Assembly (NCBI GenBank): GCA_047284725.1 | Contig: JBJBEO010000001.1 | Location: forward strand, 1,464,203-1,528,202 | Direction of reading: 5' to 3' | Length of the DNA stretch: 64,000 nucleotides | Origin: Synechococcus sp. | Lineage (GTDB): Bacteria; Cyanobacteriota; Cyanobacteriia; PCC-6307; Cyanobiaceae | Shown: positions 9,443-19,574 of the stretch, piece by piece | Layout of the letters: the number at the start of each line of letters is the position of its first letter | How positions within the stretch are numbered: the stretch's first letter is position 1 | Notes under the pieces: model-generated | Databases searched by the model: none | The model's input: the letters and a program-made list of their open reading frames with translations, nothing else | What the model was told of the DNA's origin: nothing | Position numbers and translations under genes: made by a program

Positions 9443-10434
9443 GGGGGCAGGAACAACGACTCAGGCAAATCGCGGAGGCCTGGAATGAGGCGGAGATCAG
9501 CGAATCGGCGATCCATCGCTGGATGGACCAATTTCCAGCCGTCGATCAACCGACAGCCATGCGGCTACTGGAGTGCATGGAGCTGCACAGCTGGGCACGG
9601 ATGATCCGCGAAAGCCGCCTGCTGCACCAACGCCTGTGCATGGACCTCAAAGGCGATGGGTTCGATGTGGACGGGTTCAGCGACATCGACTTCGCCCGAG
9701 CCTTCACCTGCAAAAGCGGCGACCTGGCCTCCTATGTCTACCGGAAAGCGAATCTTCTCTCCGTCAGGCACTTCCACACGATTGATGCGCTGAAAAACAG
9801 CACCGAGGACAGAAGCCAACGGGCCATTGTTGTGCTGGACGACTACATCGGCACCGGCTCCCAGTTCCTGTTCCAGTTCATTGGCCGCAGTGGGGGCAAC
9901 ACCAGGCTGCTGAAGGGGTACAAACGCATCCGGCTGTGCTCGCTGGTGGTGCATGACGATGCCCGCGTCAAATGGCGTCGTCTGCAACGCCATGCCGTTG
10001 CCGAGGTGATGCAGATCGAAGAGCAGCAACTCGCCTGCGTTGACTTCAGCAACGAGCGCGATCAGCTGATCGCCCGACTGGGTGAGATTGACTGGCGCAA
10101 GGCCGGGTTGATCGCAGCGCAGCGGGACTTCCCCGTGACAGCCCACCCTGATCTCACACCCCAAGAACGTTCAGCGATGCGTCAGTTTCTTCATCGCCAG
10201 AATTCAGCCGAGGAAGGAGCCGGGACCACCGAGTTTCTGCAGGGGCATCACTCCTTCTTTTACGGAGCCCCCAATGCCCTCGCCCGCGTCTTGCTTCCCC
10301 TGTTCAAACGGGTGGAGGATTTCACGATCTACCCCACTGAATCGCTGCAGGGTCTGCCCGCCGAGATCATCGACTACAACATCGAAAACCCCTGCGCCGT
10401 GACGCCTCTGAATCCTCACCCTCCAGACCCCTGA
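9439..10434 (+). CDS. Phosphoribosyltransferase-like protein (PRTase-CE-like)
   Basis: PRPP-loop-like IVVLDDYIGTGSQF, N-terminal WMDQF...AMRLL, KSG motif, C-terminal FFYGAPN; ATGA overlap with the PfkB gene. Confidence 0.65.
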   Translation: MRGQEQRLRQIAEAWNEAEISESAIHRWMDQFPAVDQPTAMRLLECMELHSWARMIRESRLLHQRLCMDLKGDGFDVDGFSDIDFARAFTCKSGDLASYVYRKANLLSVRHFHTIDALKNSTEDRSQRAIVVLDDYIGTGSQFLFQFIGRSGGNTRLLKGYKRIRLCSLVVHDDARVKWRRLQRHAVAEVMQIEEQQLACVDFSNERDQLIARLGEIDWRKAGLIAAQRDFPVTAHPDLTPQERSAMRQFLHRQNSAEEGAGTTEFLQGHHSFFYGAPNALARVLLPLFKRVEDFTIYPTESLQGLPAEIIDYNIENPCAVTPLNPHPPDP

Positions 10435-10509
10435 CGTTGATTTGGCGTATCACATCGGCCATCCATTCCGCAGGAGCCAGCAGCCAGCTCAATCCTTTTC
10501 TGAGACCTT

Positions 10510-11088
10510 ATGGACAACGAAGTCGTGAACTCTGAGCTGCTGCAAAGCATCAACCCACAGCTGCGTCCAGCAATCGAGGCGGATTTGCCTGCGGTGCGAC
10601 AGCTTCATCGCAAGGTCTGGCCGACGGAAGAAGGAGAGCGAATCGTCCAAGTTGTGGAAAACCTCTGGCAAACCTCAACAGGAGCCCCTCATCCAACACG
10701 GCACTGGGTGATCACCGACAAGGATGAGGCGATCCTTGGCCATGTCTGCTCGAGCGGCATCACCACAGCACAGGAAGGCAGGGTGGGATGGATTCTGGCC
10801 CCCCTTGCCGTCGCCCCCGAACATCAGGGCTTCGGTTACGGAAGTGCATTAGTCAGGCATGCCATCAACCATGCACTGACCAGCGATCAGCAGCGGATCG
10901 TTGTCTACGGAGATCCTGCTTATTACGAGCGCTTTGGGTTTGACAACCAGGCAGCCATCGCCTTCAAGCCCCCCTATCCGCTAGCCCACCCCATGGGTTG
11001 GCAAGGGATCGTTGCCAACAGAGAGAGTCTCCAATGCCCCGCCGATGTGAGGTGTCATAAGGCATTGATGCAGGCTGAGCTTTGGTGA
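10510..11088 (+). CDS. GNAT N-acetyltransferase (YhbS-like)
   Basis: LAPLAVAPEHQGFGYGSALV acetyl-CoA motif and VVYGDPAYYERFGF. Confidence 0.88.
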   Translation: MDNEVVNSELLQSINPQLRPAIEADLPAVRQLHRKVWPTEEGERIVQVVENLWQTSTGAPHPTRHWVITDKDEAILGHVCSSGITTAQEGRVGWILAPLAVAPEHQGFGYGSALVRHAINHALTSDQQRIVVYGDPAYYERFGFDNQAAIAFKPPYPLAHPMGWQGIVANRESLQCPADVRCHKALMQAELW

Positions 11089-11323
11089 TCCAGCCAGAGC
11101 GAGATCAAGAACGAATGAAACCAACGGCAGCGCAAAACATCACCACACGCCAAACCGGCTGCGCCAACTCACCAACAGCGGATTATCAACTTGAACCTAG
11201 AGATGATCTTGGCGACTATTGATTTGATACAACGCAGCCAATCTCTCAACGAGGCTTGAAGCATGGGTCATCAGAAGCCCCTTCTCAAGCGATAGTCAAC
11301 AACGCTTTCACTGGGCAAAGGCA

Positions 11324-11877
11324 TTGCCAGACCAAGAGAGGAATCGTCCCATGCCAATCAGACGATCAATGTACTTCCAAACAGTTTTTTGTGTGACAAA
11401 GAAAGGAGTCATGAGGCTAACGGTAGACACCGAAGATGGCGATTACCTTCTGCCAGGACTTTTGGCCTCGGATGAAGTTCCCGGAGCCTCACCAACCGAT
11501 ATTGAAACATTCATCCCGATCACTCTCAGCCGATACGAATCACCGGCCCGAGTCTTGACGACATTGCATCATCTACAGATTTAACGCTCTTAATGATGCG
11601 CGCGATTTCTTCAAGACTTCGTCAATCAGAAGCTCTACTCTCGATCGTCGGGCAACGACGCGTTGAAGACCGTGTACGTTGCTTTCTTGAATTAGTTGCT
11701 AACGACCATGGAGTTGTAACTCCACATGGAATTCATATTAATCTTCGTCTTACACATCAAGATATTGCCAATGCAGTGAGTTCAACACGAGTGACAGTGA
11801 CACGAGTATTGAGCTGTCTCAAAAAGAAAGGTTGGCTTCGATCAAGCTCTCAACGCCACTTAATGCTCACGTATTAA
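11324..11877 (+). pseudogene. Crp/Fnr-family regulator, frameshifted near 11530
   Basis: Frame 2 gives a cNMP-barrel-like part (KGVMRLTVDTEDGDYLLPGLLASDEVPG...ITLS); frame 1 continues PIRITGPSLDDIASSTDL...RVEDRV...LRLTHQDIANAVSSTRVTVTRVL (Crp HTH). One missing base joins them. Confidence 0.75.
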
Positions 11878-11906
11878 GTGGCGTTGAGTATGACAACTAT
11901 TTGCAT

Positions 11907-13169
11907 TTACTCAGGGCAAAGACGTTTGCTAACAGACGGCAGACGCAAACTGCTGACCCATGATAAGAATACTAAAAGAGATGAAGTCACAAGACACACC
12001 TGCAAACCTGCTGTTGCATTTCGACCGATCATAAAAATGGAACCCGACAACAACGTGCCCAAAAGACGCCCTGCCGCATTGGCCATGTAATAGAAACCAA
12101 CGTTCAGACTCACATCGTCCTGATCGGTATAGGCAAGAACCATGTAGGAATGAACCGATGAATTCATCGCGAACACCACACCAAAGGCGGCGAGTCCTGC
12201 TATCACAGCAATCGAAGCATCAACCTCTCGCCAGAGAGCCAAAGCAATCAAGCCGGGGATTGCTGTGAGCAAAGCAGACCAGAATTGAACAGTCGAAGGT
12301 CCAGGGTTCGTGGACTTTCCCCACAGACGCCTGATTGCAGGAGCGAGACCTTGCACACAGCCATAACCGATGACCCAAAGACCGAGAAAGCCTCCAATTT
12401 TCCAGAAATCCCAGCCGAAAGACACCTCAAGAAAGACTGGCAAGGCCACCACAAACCAGACATCTCGAGCTCCGAAAAGAAAAAAGCGCGCAAGCGACAA
12501 CATATTGATGGCCTGTGACTTCGAAAAAAGAGAAGAGAAACCAGGCTTTGCCTTCATCTTCCCGATGTGAGAAGGAAGCACCAACGTCACAAGAAAGGCA
12601 GCAGCCAAGCCTCCTGCCATCCATGCCACCGTTTGATTGAAGCCAAGAGCAGTCAACAACAGACCACCCAGAAAAAAACCAACGCCTTTCAGAGCATTTT
12701 TTGAGCCGGTCAAGATAGCGACCCAACGAAACAATTGATGCTCGGCCTCATTGGTCGTTTCTGGCAAGCCTTGCAAAACTGTCTTGATTGCACTTTTGGC
12801 ACTCATCTTGTTCAGATCTTTAGCAATGCCACTGATTGCCTGAGCAGCCATCACATAAATCACACTGACCAGCTTCGGCCAACTCGATGCCACAGGTACC
12901 AGCATTAATAAGGCTGCTATTTGCAACAACGTTCCCAGCCAAAGAGTGAGCCTGAGGCCATATCGAGCAGCGATCCAACCTCCATAAAGGTTAGTAATCA
13001 CACCAAAAAGTTCGTAAAAAAGGAAGAGAGAAGCAATTTCCAGAGTGCTGTAGCCAAGCTCGTGGAAATGAAAAACCACGAGCATGCGCAAGGCTCCATC
13101 GGTCAGGGTGAAGGCCCAATAGTTTGCAGTGACGACACCATATTGCTGCAATGCAGAAAGTTTCATCAC
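11907..13169 (-). CDS. arsJ: Organoarsenical (1-arseno-3-phosphoglycerate) efflux MFS transporter
   Basis: [55 protein letters not shown]; overlaps the gap stop codon. Confidence 0.92.
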   Translation of the reverse strand: MMKLSALQQYGVVTANYWAFTLTDGALRMLVVFHFHELGYSTLEIASLFLFYELFGVITNLYGGWIAARYGLRLTLWLGTLLQIAALLMLVPVASSWPKLVSVIYVMAAQAISGIAKDLNKMSAKSAIKTVLQGLPETTNEAEHQLFRWVAILTGSKNALKGVGFFLGGLLLTALGFNQTVAWMAGGLAAAFLVTLVLPSHIGKMKAKPGFSSLFSKSQAINMLSLARFFLFGARDVWFVVALPVFLEVSFGWDFWKIGGFLGLWVIGYGCVQGLAPAIRRLWGKSTNPGPSTVQFWSALLTAIPGLIALALWREVDASIAVIAGLAAFGVVFAMNSSVHSYMVLAYTDQDDVSLNVGFYYMANAAGRLLGTLLSGSIFMIGRNATAGLQVCLVTSSLLVFLSWVSSLRLPSVSKRLCPE

Positions 13170-14185
13170 ATCCCTCTTTCAGATTCCAGCTTCACCACAT
13201 GGCAAACCAGATCAGCCATACGACTGCTGTAGCCCCATTCGTTGTCGTACCAGCCGTAAACCTTCAACTGGGTGCCACCGACCACCATCGTGGAAAGAGC
13301 ATCGACCACCACGCTGCGGTCGTCGTTGACGTAATCCACCGAGACCAGGGGCCTGGTTTCGTAGCCAAGGATGCCTTGGAGTGGTCCCTGGGCGGCCAGC
13401 GCGAAGGCCTGGTTGACCTCCTCCGTGCTGGTGGGCCGATCCAATTCGAAGACAGCGTCGGTCAGGGAGGCGTTGAGCAGCGGGATGCGCACGGCATGGC
13501 CGTTGAGCTTGCCCTGAAGCTCCGGAAAAATCATGGCAATCGCCTTGGCGGACCCCGTGGTGGTAGGAATCAGCGATTGCAGGCAGGAGCGTGAACGCCG
13601 CAGATCAGCCTTGAAGGCATCGACCACAACCTGGGTATTGGTGACGTCATGCAAGGTCGTGATCGAACCGTGACGAATGCCGAATTGCTCGTGCACCACC
13701 TTCACGATCGGGGCCAGACAGTTAGTGGTGCAGGACGCTGCTGTCACCAGCTGGTGCTGATGGGGGTCATAGAGGTGGTGATTGATTCCGTAGACGATAT
13801 TGAGCGCTCCCTTGACAGGACATCCAACAACTACACGTTTGATCCCGGCCTGACCGGAGTAGGGCTCAAGGGTGTCGGTGGATTTGAACCGGCCACTGCA
13901 CTCGAGCACCATCTCGACCCCTGCTGCAGACCAGGGCACATCAGCGGGGACACTGCAGCGACTGAAGCCAATGGGTTGACTGTCGATCAGGAGCTCTGCA
14001 TCGCTGGTTGCCTCGACCAGGCGACCCCAGCGTCCATGGACCGAGTCAAAGCAAAGCAGGTGTGCGGCCGATTCAGCCGTGGCCTGATGGTCGTTGATCT
14101 GGACAATCTCGATGCCCGATCGACCAAAAAGAGCGCGGCAGACCAGCCGTCCGATCCGCCCGAAACCATTGATGCCAATCCGCAT
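13166..14185 (-). CDS. gap3: ArsJ-associated glyceraldehyde-3-phosphate dehydrogenase
   Basis: [13 protein letters not shown] start at 14185, catalytic [19 protein letters not shown]; coupled to arsJ. Confidence 0.92.
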   Translation of the reverse strand: MRIGINGFGRIGRLVCRALFGRSGIEIVQINDHQATAESAAHLLCFDSVHGRWGRLVEATSDAELLIDSQPIGFSRCSVPADVPWSAAGVEMVLECSGRFKSTDTLEPYSGQAGIKRVVVGCPVKGALNIVYGINHHLYDPHQHQLVTAASCTTNCLAPIVKVVHEQFGIRHGSITTLHDVTNTQVVVDAFKADLRRSRSCLQSLIPTTTGSAKAIAMIFPELQGKLNGHAVRIPLLNASLTDAVFELDRPTSTEEVNQAFALAAQGPLQGILGYETRPLVSVDYVNDDRSVVVDALSTMVVGGTQLKVYGWYDNEWGYSSRMADLVCHVVKLESERGM

Positions 14186-14196
14186 GCGCTGCCACA

Positions 14197-14240
14197 AACC
14201 AATCAACCAATCTTGATACATCAAGGTTTCTTGATTGGTT
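14197..14240. promoter_or_regulatory. ArsR operator: two tandem ATCAA-N6-TTGAT boxes
   Basis: ATCAAccaatcTTGAT (14202-14217) and ATCAAggtttcTTGAT (14220-14235) between divergent gap and arsR; same form as the Synechocystis arsBHC operator. Confidence 0.85.
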
Positions 14241-14267
14241 AAGCTGAGGTTAGGCACTGATTGAGTC

Positions 14268-14588
14268 ATGCCCCAGGCCCTCAGCATCCCTCCTGCAGAG
14301 CAGCTCTGTCCCCTGTTCAAGGCGCTGGCAGACCCGTTGCGCCTGAAGGTGGCGCTGGCCTTAGCGGCCGGCGAGCATTGCGTTTGCGAACTCACCGAGC
14401 AGATGGGCCTGGCCCAGTCCAAGCTCTCCTTTCACCTCAAGGTGATGCGAGAAGCGGGCCTGCTGGAGTGCCGCGTTGAGGGACGCTGGGTTTACTACAG
14501 GCTTCGCGATGAAGCAGTGGGAGACTTAAGGGATTGGCTTGATCGCCTGCATACCACCAGGTCACGTACCCCCCAGTCGTGCTGTTGA
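14268..14588 (+). CDS. arsR: ArsR/SmtB-family arsenic-responsive repressor
   Basis: [16 protein letters not shown] metal site, [15 protein letters not shown]-terminal CC. Confidence 0.9.
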   Translation: MPQALSIPPAEQLCPLFKALADPLRLKVALALAAGEHCVCELTEQMGLAQSKLSFHLKVMREAGLLECRVEGRWVYYRLRDEAVGDLRDWLDRLHTTRSRTPQSCC

Positions 14589-14984
14589 TTCAGACAAGAC
14601 TCACGCTGCCATCCAACCGCCCATGGCGACAGGACTCAATCACCGGAATGCCTTGACGGCTGAACAGAGGATGCAGCCTCGTGACGTCGCCGTCCCATGA
14701 GCTCCCCGCCTTCAGCATCGACATCCTCTGCAGCGCTGCATCAATCGGCGATCGCTCATCAGATCCGTACAACTGCAACTTGCCAGGCATTCTCCGACGA
14801 ACCAGTCAATTCACAGTGACCAATCCAATCTGATCAATGCCATCTGATCGACGCAGTCTTCTGCAGAAGACTTTGAGCCAGCAGAACACCACCACTACAA
14901 AGATTCTAAAACAAATCATTAATTGCACCATCTGCGCGCAAACTCCAACCAGACTTTCTTTCTCGATAGGCCAGAAGAAGCTCG

Positions 14985-17879
14985 ATGGGAGAATTTCTTG
15001 TTATTGCAGCTGCAATGCTTTTCTGCTGGAATCTTCTCTCGATTCCAATCGGATTGACACTCCACTGGCGCCACCAGAATCAACTCAATGCGTTACGCAA
15101 GCGTATCCAGGCTCTCGAGGAACAACAGCCTTTTTCTGAAGCCGAGACATCAAACCCTCGTGCGGAATCCGAAAGACAAAAAGAGTCAAAGCCCCTAACA
15201 GCAGCAGAGCAAGCCAAGAAACAACCATCATCCTTCCAACCCGAGGCAAGGTCTGATCAAGTCGTTGTTCCACAACCAACGACGTCAATACAGTCGCCTT
15301 CGTTATCAACGACCGTTCATCAACCCAATCAAACCAGCCAAGGGCCCTTGGAATGGCAAGGGCGGTGGCAACAGATTGAACAACAACTGCTCAGAAACTG
15401 GACTGGACTGCTTGGAGTCCTGGCCGTTGTTGCCGGCATCTCATTTGTAGCAATCAGCAGCCTGCTGATCATGGCGCCTTTTCAGCGTTTTCTCGTCCTG
15501 GAGGCCATCGGCTTGGGGATGATTGTGCCCTCCTTCACCATCAGAGGTCACCACCGCCTCCGCCCGCTCCTCATCTGGTTGCGCAGTGGCGCCGGAGGGC
15601 TGCAATTGTTTGCTGCCGCTGCATCCAGCACTTGGCCAGCCCTGGGCCTGGCCTGGAATCAGTCGACAAGCGTGGGGTTGATCCTGATGACCACAGCGGT
15701 GGGCTTCAATCTGCTGCTGGCAAAGATCACCACCTCTCGCTGGTTGGCGGCATCTCACGTGTTGATTGCCATGGTGCCAAGCCTCGTCGCCGCCCCCAGC
15801 AACGCCACACTGCTGCTTCTGGCGCTGATCAGTGCGTTGGGGATGGCAACCAGCGCAGGCCATTTTGGTCCCACGCGTTTCGTGATCGGCCTCAGCTTCG
15901 TTGGCATGGGGGGGTGGCTGAACCTCAACCCAGAAGTGTCCCTTGTGGGAATGGTCACCTTGGTGTTGGCAAGCCTTGACTTGTCAATTCTCCATTTCTT
16001 TCCTCCCCCGGACCTGCAGGGTTCAAACGGCTGGAGAACACGCTGCATCGGCCTCACCTGGATTGGAATGGCGCTCCTGGTGGGCCTTTCTCCCCTGCCT
16101 TGGCTCTGGCCAGGGTCCGGACTGCTCGCCGCCTCGATCGGAGCGCTTGCGCTGACGGAGGTTTGCAAGCAGCGACAGCAGCAGCAACTTCTGAGACTGA
16201 ACTGGTGCGCAGCTGTTGTCCTAGCAACCATTGGCCTGGGCCAGGCCTTGGCGCCACTCAACACGACGCTGCTCATGCTCAGCCTGATGAGCATTGTCTG
16301 CTGTGCGTTTGTCTGGGACGCCTGTCGTCGACAGGAGCAGCCCCTGATGCACCTGGCAGGCGCAGCGATGGTGTTGCTGACCAGTTGCTTGCTGGTTGTG
16401 TTGCTGACCAGCTATGCCGCCGCAACCAAGGCAGACCTTCCTTTGATCATTGTGCTCGGACTCGGGCAACAGGCCGTGATTCATCAGGGCTACCGCTTGA
16501 GAATGCCGCCATGGATCGCCATCACTGGGGGCTGGCTGGCCTGTTCCCTGGCGGTGATCGCCATCGCCCTTCTGCTCCCGGGAAAAGCAAGCCCCTGGGT
16601 TGCCACCAGCGTCCTTCTGATCGGACTCCACCTGTCGGGCAGAACAGGTGCCATGGCGTCTCTGAGAACCATCAATGTCTTCTTCTCTGTGATGAGCTGG
16701 TGTGCGATCGCCCTACGACTCGGACAACTCGGAACCACAGCTCCATCGGCCGGCGATCTCGTTGTCCACTGCGGTCCACTACTCGCCATCAGTGCAGGGC
16801 TCATCGTCTGCGGTCGTCGCCTTGATGCCTCGCTGGCGGGAACGCGCAGTCTCGGCCTCGTCCAGGGCAGCATCAGCCTCGTCCTGACCGGTCTGACAAT
16901 CAAGGGAGCATGGGCGTGGCCAGCGACAGGTCTGGCCTCGTTGTGGTGGCTGGTGCTGGCAGTGGGTCTGCTCGGTCTTGCCTGCACATCGGCCAACAGA
17001 GGCTTGAGAGGAGAGAGCAGCGTTCTGCTCTACCTCGGTGGGGCAGCACTTATGAGTTTCTGCCTGTCGCGATTGGCATCACAACCCTTCAACGATGCTC
17101 GTGTTGCTGCGGTCGACAGTGCCTTCGTTGCTCTTTTGGTGGGGATCCGTGCTGCGGGGCATCGGATCGCCCTGAGGGATGACACCATTTGGAAGGACTT
17201 CGTCTCCTGCTCAGGCGACCTGGCTGTTCTGGCCACCATCGTGATGAGCGTCATGCGTTTCTCCCCTCTCGCCACGATGGTTCTGTTGTCGGGGCTGGCC
17301 CTTGCTGCATGGCGAGGGCCGCAGCGCCCCTACTGGCCGCGCCGCATGGGACAGGGAGTGCTGTTGTTCCTGTCCGCACTGTGGGCCCTGACCTGCATCC
17401 CCACAGGAACACAAACGGCGATGGTGTTGATCTGGAGTGGAGTTCCCGTTCTCAGCGCCGTGGGCTTTTACAAGGCTCCTCGGCTTCAGCAGATCAATGC
17501 AGACCTTGAAGCTGAACCAACACCTTGGATCTTCCAATGGATCGATCGACTTGAAACTCTTGCTCGTCGCTATCCACAACGCGTGATTGCAGGCCCACTC
17601 AGCGTCGCGCTTGCGTTGATGTTCATCCACATGCCTACCGGCTCCTATTGGCTCACCTTGATTTGGTCCATCGAAGCACTGGTTCTCTACTCGTTATCAC
17701 TAATGTTCAATGACAAGCCCATGCGACGCGGCGCGCTTGTGATGCTGGGCCTGTGCCTTGCTCGTTTGGTGGGCTGGGATATGCAACGTGCCGACATGGC
17801 ACTGCGCGGAATCGTCTTCACAGGCGTAGGCATGGTCTTGATCACCATGAACGTGATGAGCTCCCGCTTTGAACGATGA
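14985..17879 (+). CDS. Large polytopic membrane protein (DUF2339-like)
   Basis: N-terminal TM plus coiled coil and low-complexity linker, NWTGLLGVLAVVAGISF, many TM helices, C-terminal RLVGWDM...RGIVFTGVG. Confidence 0.7.
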   Translation: MGEFLVIAAAMLFCWNLLSIPIGLTLHWRHQNQLNALRKRIQALEEQQPFSEAETSNPRAESERQKESKPLTAAEQAKKQPSSFQPEARSDQVVVPQPTTSIQSPSLSTTVHQPNQTSQGPLEWQGRWQQIEQQLLRNWTGLLGVLAVVAGISFVAISSLLIMAPFQRFLVLEAIGLGMIVPSFTIRGHHRLRPLLIWLRSGAGGLQLFAAAASSTWPALGLAWNQSTSVGLILMTTAVGFNLLLAKITTSRWLAASHVLIAMVPSLVAAPSNATLLLLALISALGMATSAGHFGPTRFVIGLSFVGMGGWLNLNPEVSLVGMVTLVLASLDLSILHFFPPPDLQGSNGWRTRCIGLTWIGMALLVGLSPLPWLWPGSGLLAASIGALALTEVCKQRQQQQLLRLNWCAAVVLATIGLGQALAPLNTTLLMLSLMSIVCCAFVWDACRRQEQPLMHLAGAAMVLLTSCLLVVLLTSYAAATKADLPLIIVLGLGQQAVIHQGYRLRMPPWIAITGGWLACSLAVIAIALLLPGKASPWVATSVLLIGLHLSGRTGAMASLRTINVFFSVMSWCAIALRLGQLGTTAPSAGDLVVHCGPLLAISAGLIVCGRRLDASLAGTRSLGLVQGSISLVLTGLTIKGAWAWPATGLASLWWLVLAVGLLGLACTSANRGLRGESSVLLYLGGAALMSFCLSRLASQPFNDARVAAVDSAFVALLVGIRAAGHRIALRDDTIWKDFVSCSGDLAVLATIVMSVMRFSPLATMVLLSGLALAAWRGPQRPYWPRRMGQGVLLFLSALWALTCIPTGTQTAMVLIWSGVPVLSAVGFYKAPRLQQINADLEAEPTPWIFQWIDRLETLARRYPQRVIAGPLSVALALMFIHMPTGSYWLTLIWSIEALVLYSLSLMFNDKPMRRGALVMLGLCLARLVGWDMQRADMALRGIVFTGVGMVLITMNVMSSRFER

Positions 17880-18101
17880 ACCGGCGGCGATGGTTCACAA
17901 AGGTCTGACTCCATCGTCTGGATCGGTGAGAGCAAAGCAATACACCAGTTGGGAAACGGCTGGTAGCGGTGCAGACAACACCATGGCTGACCGGGCTCGC
18001 CTTTACCCGGATTTCATTCTTGCCATGCTCATTGTTACAAGCAGCATGATGAGGCAACCGCAGTTCCTGCGCTGTGAGCGTTGCTTTGCGGAATGACAAC
18101 C

Positions 18102-18344
18102 ATGAAAGGCCATGCCTCCACTGCCAGGATGACCGACTGGCTCTCCATCCCATTCGCCGTCATCATCACTGCCACGGCCTTCCCCCTTGCCAGCCACGGG
18201 CACAGCAGAGGCCTCTACCAGTCCCAAGCTGAAGCTGAACAACGGGCCAAGGAGATTGGTTGCACGACTGTTCATCAGAACAACGGGAAATGGATGCCCT
18301 GCACCGATGAGCGGGAACTCCACCAGCAACTTCGCAAGCAATGA
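18102..18344 (+). CDS. Small secreted DUF3721-like protein
   Basis: Signal peptide, then HGHS and core YQSQAEAEQRAKEIGCTTVHQNNGKWMPC; exact start uncertain. Confidence 0.75.
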   Translation: MKGHASTARMTDWLSIPFAVIITATAFPLASHGHSRGLYQSQAEAEQRAKEIGCTTVHQNNGKWMPCTDERELHQQLRKQ

Positions 18345-18610
18345 GTCAACGACAGCTGTCAAGGCATGCACGCAAAGTTCACCGTTGGCTGGTTCCGATT
18401 GCCGCGGTCCCGTTGCTGATCACAGCAGGCACGGGATCTCTCTACAGCTTGCTCTTGGAACAAGAGATCGATGCCTTCTGGCTGCTCAAACTCCACACCG
18501 GAGATTTTGGTGTACTGAATCTCCAACCGGTCTATCCAATGCTGCTCGGCATTCTCACAATCTTGGTCGCAGCTTCAGGTGCAGCAATGCTCCTCAAACC
18601 ATCGCGATGA
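18341..18610 (+). CDS. Small PepSY-associated-TM-like membrane protein
   Basis: RKVHRWL...PLLITAGTG and WLLKLHTG motifs; ATGA overlap with the DUF3721-like gene. Confidence 0.7.
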   Translation: MSQRQLSRHARKVHRWLVPIAAVPLLITAGTGSLYSLLLEQEIDAFWLLKLHTGDFGVLNLQPVYPMLLGILTILVAASGAAMLLKPSR

Positions 18611-18909
18611 CCAGGCATTTCTCAAGGCAATCTATGTCTAAACGCTCAGCCGTCAAAATGATCGGGCTACTCCATGATCGGCAATGACGAGTGCGTCAGA
18701 AGATGAAACCTGAACGTCAGCCTCTTCTCCGCTGCAAGACCTAGCCAGCAGCATCAGTTCCAGCCAACACGGCGCATCCATACCAACAGATTCAAAGCCT
18801 CAAAGGCATTCAACTGAAGGATAGTTCAGAGACGACGCCATCCGGGACCGTCAAACCATCAAGGGATGGTCAGCCATCGATGTCGCCGTGCTCGATCACC
18901 CAAGAGACC

Positions 18910-19104
18910 TCAAGAACTGAGCCGAGCACTGATCGAATCAACATCGATTTCTCGAGCCAGGTCAGGATTCAATCTGATGGCCATCCAAATCAGCATGGTG
19001 GAACATTCTCGATCACCGGCACCGAAATCATATTTCCAATCATTCACCATTGCCCTCAGCTCAGATTGAGCTTTTAGAACAAATTCGTCTGTCCACTCCT
19101 CCAC
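18910..19104 (-). CDS. Small hypothetical protein (possibly 5'-truncated)
   Basis: Protein-like EEWTDEFV...DWKYDFGAGDRECSTML; GTG start with an in-frame TAG shortly upstream. Confidence 0.5.
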   Translation of the reverse strand: MEEWTDEFVLKAQSELRAMVNDWKYDFGAGDRECSTMLIWMAIRLNPDLAREIDVDSISARLSS

Positions 19105-19147
19105 AAGTTCAATCCTCTAGCTAGCCAGTCAGACAATCAAGCCATCG

Positions 19148-19411
19148 CTAGCCCAGATCATCCTCAGAATCATAAAATGGCTCACTGGCCCCGGGTTCCT
19201 CATTGTTCAACACAAGGGCCTTCAACGAATCATCACTTTCAAAAACAAACAAGCTGTCTTCATCAGGATGAACGCCTTTCATCTCTGGATGACAATTGAC
19301 AAGGCGATGCAACCTGCGATGTTCGCGCCAGTAACCCAAACCCTTCTCAAAGAGATGGATCACGAGGGCAATGCTCACCAGGACAAGCGCGACGCATTCC
19401 AGTGCCTGCAT
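19148..19411 (-). CDS. Small hypothetical membrane protein
   Basis: ATG start, N-terminal TM helix, acidic tail. Confidence 0.5.
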   Translation of the reverse strand: MQALECVALVLVSIALVIHLFEKGLGYWREHRRLHRLVNCHPEMKGVHPDEDSLFVFESDDSLKALVLNNEEPGASEPFYDSEDDLG

Positions 19412-19535
19412 CGAGGGAAAACCGTCTTGACATGACCCTAGCCCTAAAGAGGCGGTTCGCCGATGCCACTGCGAACAACACCGGCAGACCCTGAACAGTC
19501 ACGGCGGAGACAGCAGCATGCGCCCCAAGGGGCAT

Positions 19536-19554
19536 AACGAGAATGATTCCCATT
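19536..19554. promoter_or_regulatory. Fur-family (Zur/Fur)-like box
   Basis: AACGAGAAT-G-ATTCCCATT imperfect palindrome resembling TGAGAAT-n-ATTCTCA, just upstream of a GGAGGA SD and ATG 19575. Confidence 0.55.
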
Positions 19555-19574
19555 TTCCACGGAGGAAGCTGCTG

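Noticed and set aside
14186..14422. 79-aa N-terminal extension of GAPDH in the track
   Set aside because: It would run through the operator and arsR; the family N-terminus MRIGING begins at 14185.
14590..14790. 66-aa minus-strand ORF after arsR
   Set aside because: No recognisable family; could be real but is unsupported.
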